Positions 59,701-64,000 of a stretch of 64,000 bases of DNA are shown in pieces. The stretch's first letter is position 1. The number at the start of each line of letters is the position of its first letter. The stretch is from assembly GCF_009914755.1 (NCBI RefSeq), contig NC_060931.1, one strand, 5' to 3'. The notes below the pieces were generated by a model, which did not search any database, was not told the DNA's origin, and saw nothing but the letters and a program-made list of their open reading frames with translations. The stretch comes from the human T2T-CHM13v2.0 reference genome, Homo sapiens. The position numbers were made by a program, and so were the translations under genes.

Positions 59701-60799
59701 TTTGCAAATTCTGTTAAGTAGATGGGGAGAAAGTAAGTTTGAATCCCAGCTCCTCCATCTGATTTTAACTTCTGCACCAAGGAAATACCGAGCTTGTATG
59801 TTGAATGTAAGTGTGGATTTGGAGTAATGAGTGTAAACATTGAGACAATGCCCAGGATAAAGTCTCATAAAAAGTGGCTTCTACTGTCATTACCATTAAG
59901 TGCTTCTACTGTATTAAATACATCAAAATGAAATTTAAGAAGCTTTACCCTAGAAGCTCAATATTGCTTTCTACTTTATTAGAATTTAATAAACAGAAGA
60001 ATTCCTGCAACTCATACTTTTCTGTGTGTGAATGATTTGAGACCAGCATAATACTATAGTACATTGAAGGTGATGAGGATTTTCTCTGAGAGCTTACAAA
60101 ATAAGGTTCACACTTTGAGACGCTGGTCAGTGTTCCTTCTCAAACTGAAATTATCTGCTTAATGGCTTGGCACCATGAAAATCTGTTCGGCCTACTTCAA
60201 ACAGTTTGTTAGAACCATATTTGGACTCACCCTGTTTAATGGTTAAGAAAGAAACTTAGAAGGGAAAACTCTAAGAAAGAAGGTTTCTATCTTCAGACAC
60301 AATCATACAATTCACTTCATAGATAGGTGATCGAGCACTTTCTCAGACTCAAAGTAAATAATTTTCATTGCATCCTTCAATCCTGGATACTTTTAAAAAT
60401 GTGAATCCGTTTTCTTTCTAAGCCACTGAAGAAAATCAAAGACTTTTGACTTTGAACATCACACAGGCCACATAAAAGTTAGTTTTGTTTAAAATAATAC
60501 ATAAAATTATGCTTAGCACTGCTCCAGAAGTAGGGTAGCAATCTTTCTGTGGTTACAGCATCACTTAGTGGTTACATACATAAAATATTCTTTCTACTCC
60601 AAAGCAAAAAAAGGGGGGAAAATACATTTTTGAAGAAGTTGTTTATAAAAGAACATCAAATAGAAAACAAAAATAACAAAAAATCACTTATTCAAAATAC
60701 TAGATGCATAGTTATACAATCAGTCAGATGACAGGGCTCAATTATGCAGGAAAGTAGGAAGGGTTAAATCATCAATATCAATCGATCAAATATTCTTAC

Positions 60800-60835
60800 C
60801 AAGGCTTCATGATCTTCTGCAATTTCTGGTATCGC
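60800..60835 (-). CDS. ELMO1: ELMO1 36-nt coding exon, (E)RYQKLQKIMKP(C), phase 2/2
   Basis: Minus strand reads ttttgcag|G CGA TAC CAG AAA TTG CAG AAG ATC ATG AAG CCT TG|gtaaga. Confidence 0.95.
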
Positions 60836-62134
60836 CTGCAAAATTTAAAAACAACCATGTGAGGAGCATACTTAAAAGCAACAATTTTTACACAAAGAAC
60901 ATATCTTGAAGAAAACTCAGGATTAGATTTAGGACAGATTTAACTGCCATGAAGTAAAAGAATTTTATCCATTTCAAGACATCATTCAAAGTAATAAACT
61001 GGTGTTCTTTAATGATCAGAAACAAACAATCAAAAGATCAGCATTAAACTACTGTCATTAACCAGTTGCATTTGCTTATGAGTAAAGGCATCCAAAACCG
61101 TCCATTTAGATCAGAATGGGTCTGTGTTCAATGGAGCGGGGTGGGGTACCCATAGGGATAGGAATTGATACATTTTAAATGAAAAAACATTGAGACAAAA
61201 ACCACTAGACTATAAAGAAATATTTTATTATCTTTCTTTGGTAGAATGTCCACTAATTTTACTTTCTCTTTTCTCTCTCAGGTGGCTTCTTCTGTGGGAA
61301 GATGCTGCAATCAATCTCTTTGCAATAAGACATTGCACTAGTGTTAAATCCCAAAACTGAACTCTGGGCTGGTGGCTTAGAATAGGCAAATCTGGCTATA
61401 ATAAAGGATACTTATGCTTTTTTAAAAAAACTAGGCTCAAGAATATGAAGAAACAAGTGTTTCAAAACTGGCCAAACCATCTCTCATTCCTCAAGTCTGC
61501 CAAATCTCTCTGGCTTTAAGTATGATCTTCCCTCTTTATGAAACATCCATCCCCTCTTTGCCCAACTCGCTAAGTCCTACCCCCAAACTCATCTCATTCT
61601 AGGCTCATTCTGGGGTCCTCTAGGAAGTCTCTCTGACTTCTGATTTCTCTTCCTCAGACAGCATAGATGGTGCCTGCATCGCAGGCCACAGGCCCTGAGG
61701 ACACATCAGCTATAAGCCTCAGGACATCTCACTGTCCTTCTAGCTGCTTGAGGGCTAGGACTCTGCACTGTGACAATAGCGTAATGTGAGGCACATCCAG
61801 AGTAGGGACTGAATACACGGTTGACAAACGATTTTGCTCTTCAGAAATTTTCACATTCTCAACCACATAAAATGTAACCATTTCAGAAATCCAAATCACC
61901 AGGCAAAGACTAAATTTAGTCTCTGGTAAAATTTGTGGGAGGGGGATTAAAAATGCATATAAAGAGATATTTTTATTCCTCTTCTGCTCCCCCTCCTTTA
62001 CCTGCCTTTCTTTTAAAAAATATTTACTATTTCCCATCCTTCCTTCATCAAAAAGGCATTGGGCAGGGTGAAAGGGTGAGACGGGGAGGCAGGCCTGAGC
62101 ATAAATTGGCAGCACGCAAGGGCCAGAGGCTACT

Positions 62135-63080
62135 CTCCACTAAAAGGAACCAGGGCTCCTTGGGGAAGTGGCTCGTATTAGGGGTGGGGCAAGGAGATCT
62201 AGATAGTTCTGGAACATCTTGTTGAGCCAGAAAGTAAAGAAATGCTCAAAACATAACGCAATACAGGTCAAAAGGACACAGAAGTCAGCTTGAAAGAGCT
62301 CCCACAGGCCACATCAGGGACACGCTGAGCATCAAAATCAATAATAATAGTGATAGATTAAACCCACTGAATAAAACAGGAATGAATTAGTCCACATTGT
62401 TATAGAGTGATGTGCTGATGTTGAAACACCAGATCTCTGGGGAAAAACACACGAATCTGCTTGATATTATTTTCCGATTTCCACAGTGTAACGACTCTCA
62501 CTATGGCCAACTTAAAGAACCAACATGAGGTCAATGAACGCAGAGCAGAACAGAGTTGTACAAAAGTGGCTCTCAGGAGCTGGTATGAGCTCCCCACTGG
62601 AGATAAACATGTAGGTGAATAAATACGTAGGGAAAAAACAGAGCTCTTACTACCAAAGAAAACCAACTAATACATGTAGAAGAAATCATAGTATTAGAAA
62701 ATTTTCCTTTGGAAATCATCAGAGCAATAATTAATTCAGATAAGAAATGTCAATGCCAAAACTGATGGGTGAAATTGGGGTAATGAGGCTTTACATAGTT
62801 TCACTGTGTCTCCCTACAAACTTTTCATGAATTAGCTGCTAAGGTAGGGAGAAAGTATTATAGTGGAGACATCTGGAAGATGCTATCTTAATGAAGTGGT
62901 CAAAGTTATAACCAGTAATAAAACAAAGAGATACCATGTGCCATCAACAGGACGAAATGGGGGAAAAAAAATCACAACCATCTGTTATATTCCAGCCAAA
63001 GACATACAATATGGGTCTTCATAAAGAGAAATTTTTGTTGTAATGTTTGTTGTGATGAGAGAACACTGGATAAATCTGTA
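62135..63080 (+). mobile_element. L1MC-type 3' region fragments
   Basis: ctaaaaggaaccagggctccttggggaagtggct..., gtggtcaaagttataaccagtaat; similar to 47790-47950. Confidence 0.6.
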
Positions 63081-63214
63081 AAAAACAAAATCTTGTGTTT
63101 CAGTAGAAAACTAAGCAGCGCCTACAACATATCCTTTTGGGCTATCAGATTCTAGTCCTGTTGGCTTTGAGTTATTTTACAACGCTTTGTTAAGATGTAG
63201 GTAACTGATGGAGA

Positions 63215-63344
63215 GACAGATAGATAGATAGATAAACAGACAGATAGATAGATAGATATCTATCTATATATATATCTGTATATATCTGTCTATATCTATC
63301 TATATATATCTCTATCTATCTATCTATCTATCTATCTATATCTC
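63215..63344. repeat. (GATA)n followed directly by inverted (TATC)n
   Basis: Directly visible. Confidence 0.92.
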
Positions 63345-63552
63345 CTGTCTGGCAGTGATTTAATTGACTTCCTTTCCACTGGTGGAAAACTAGTTGTGTC
63401 TTCATTTGCAATTCATCTCAACATTCCTTTGCTTCATATAAATTTGTGCTCTTTTGACTTTTTCTTTAAAGTTATAACATCTGCCTAGTTTCATCATATC
63501 ATATGAGTAAAATAAATTATTTTAACACATATTTGTATATCTGAAGTCAAAA

Positions 63553-63993
63553 TGTAATATAGAGGGAAACCTCTAAATTAAACATTTTATTGGAGAATCA
63601 TAGAATTGCAATTTGAAGCATACACATAGACTGGTAGACTTTGGTATGTCTGAGGAACAAAGGAAAGGTTGGGAGTTTTATTAGAAATAGGAATGTTACC
63701 TATGGTTTTGAAAGAAAGCTTATAGGCACTAGAATTTTTGAGAGCTGCTAAGCTCTGATTGGTGAGTGACAGTGGTAGGTAAAACCAGTCCTAAAGTCAC
63801 AGCAGGTCATTTCAGCAGCTACTAGATTAAACTGGTCTTAGGGTTACACCAGGCCATCTTAGCAGCTGGACTTGCAGACAATTCGATTCTTGGAGCAGGT
63901 GCCATGTGCCCATGTGCTTTCTGCCTCAGCTCCTCAACTGTGACTTAGTTGAGTGTGACAAGAATTACCCAATTTGTATAATCAATTTTCACA
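63553..63993 (-). mobile_element. Solo ERV1 (MER4-group-like) LTR
   Basis: TG...CA ends, CCAAT and AATAAA on minus strand, ~440 bp; subfamily uncertain. Confidence 0.55.
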
Positions 63994-64000
63994 TCTGTAT

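Overview
Primate (human-like) genomic DNA from inside ELMO1, which is transcribed on the minus strand. Seven coding exons are present (60800-60835, 49536-49635, 41320-41471, 39056-39134, 33081-33131, 29772-29894, 27823-27954). All have canonical AG/GT ends and splice into one open frame, approx. residues 138-362 (RYQKLQKIMKPCFGDMLSF...[11 protein letters not shown]), covering the armadillo-like region and the start of the ELMO domain. Residue and exon numbers come from my recollection of the protein. The rest is intron rich in Alu, L1, L2, MIR, MER82, MADE1, MaLR/ERV LTRs and microsatellites; nearly all ORFs in the track are repeat-derived or chance. The most interesting structure is a one-LTR HERV9/LTR12 element (19154-21528) in sense orientation to ELMO1. 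It ends at a CA inside gag yet appears bracketed by a 4-bp target-site duplication. It carries an open frame ending in ATG|GTGAGT in the phase of the host intron, a poly(A) signal and a candidate cryptic exon. Two co-oriented strong CTCF motifs lie next to it, and inverted Alus flank phase-0 exon blocks. No prokaryote-type system is present; the functional proposals are hypotheses.
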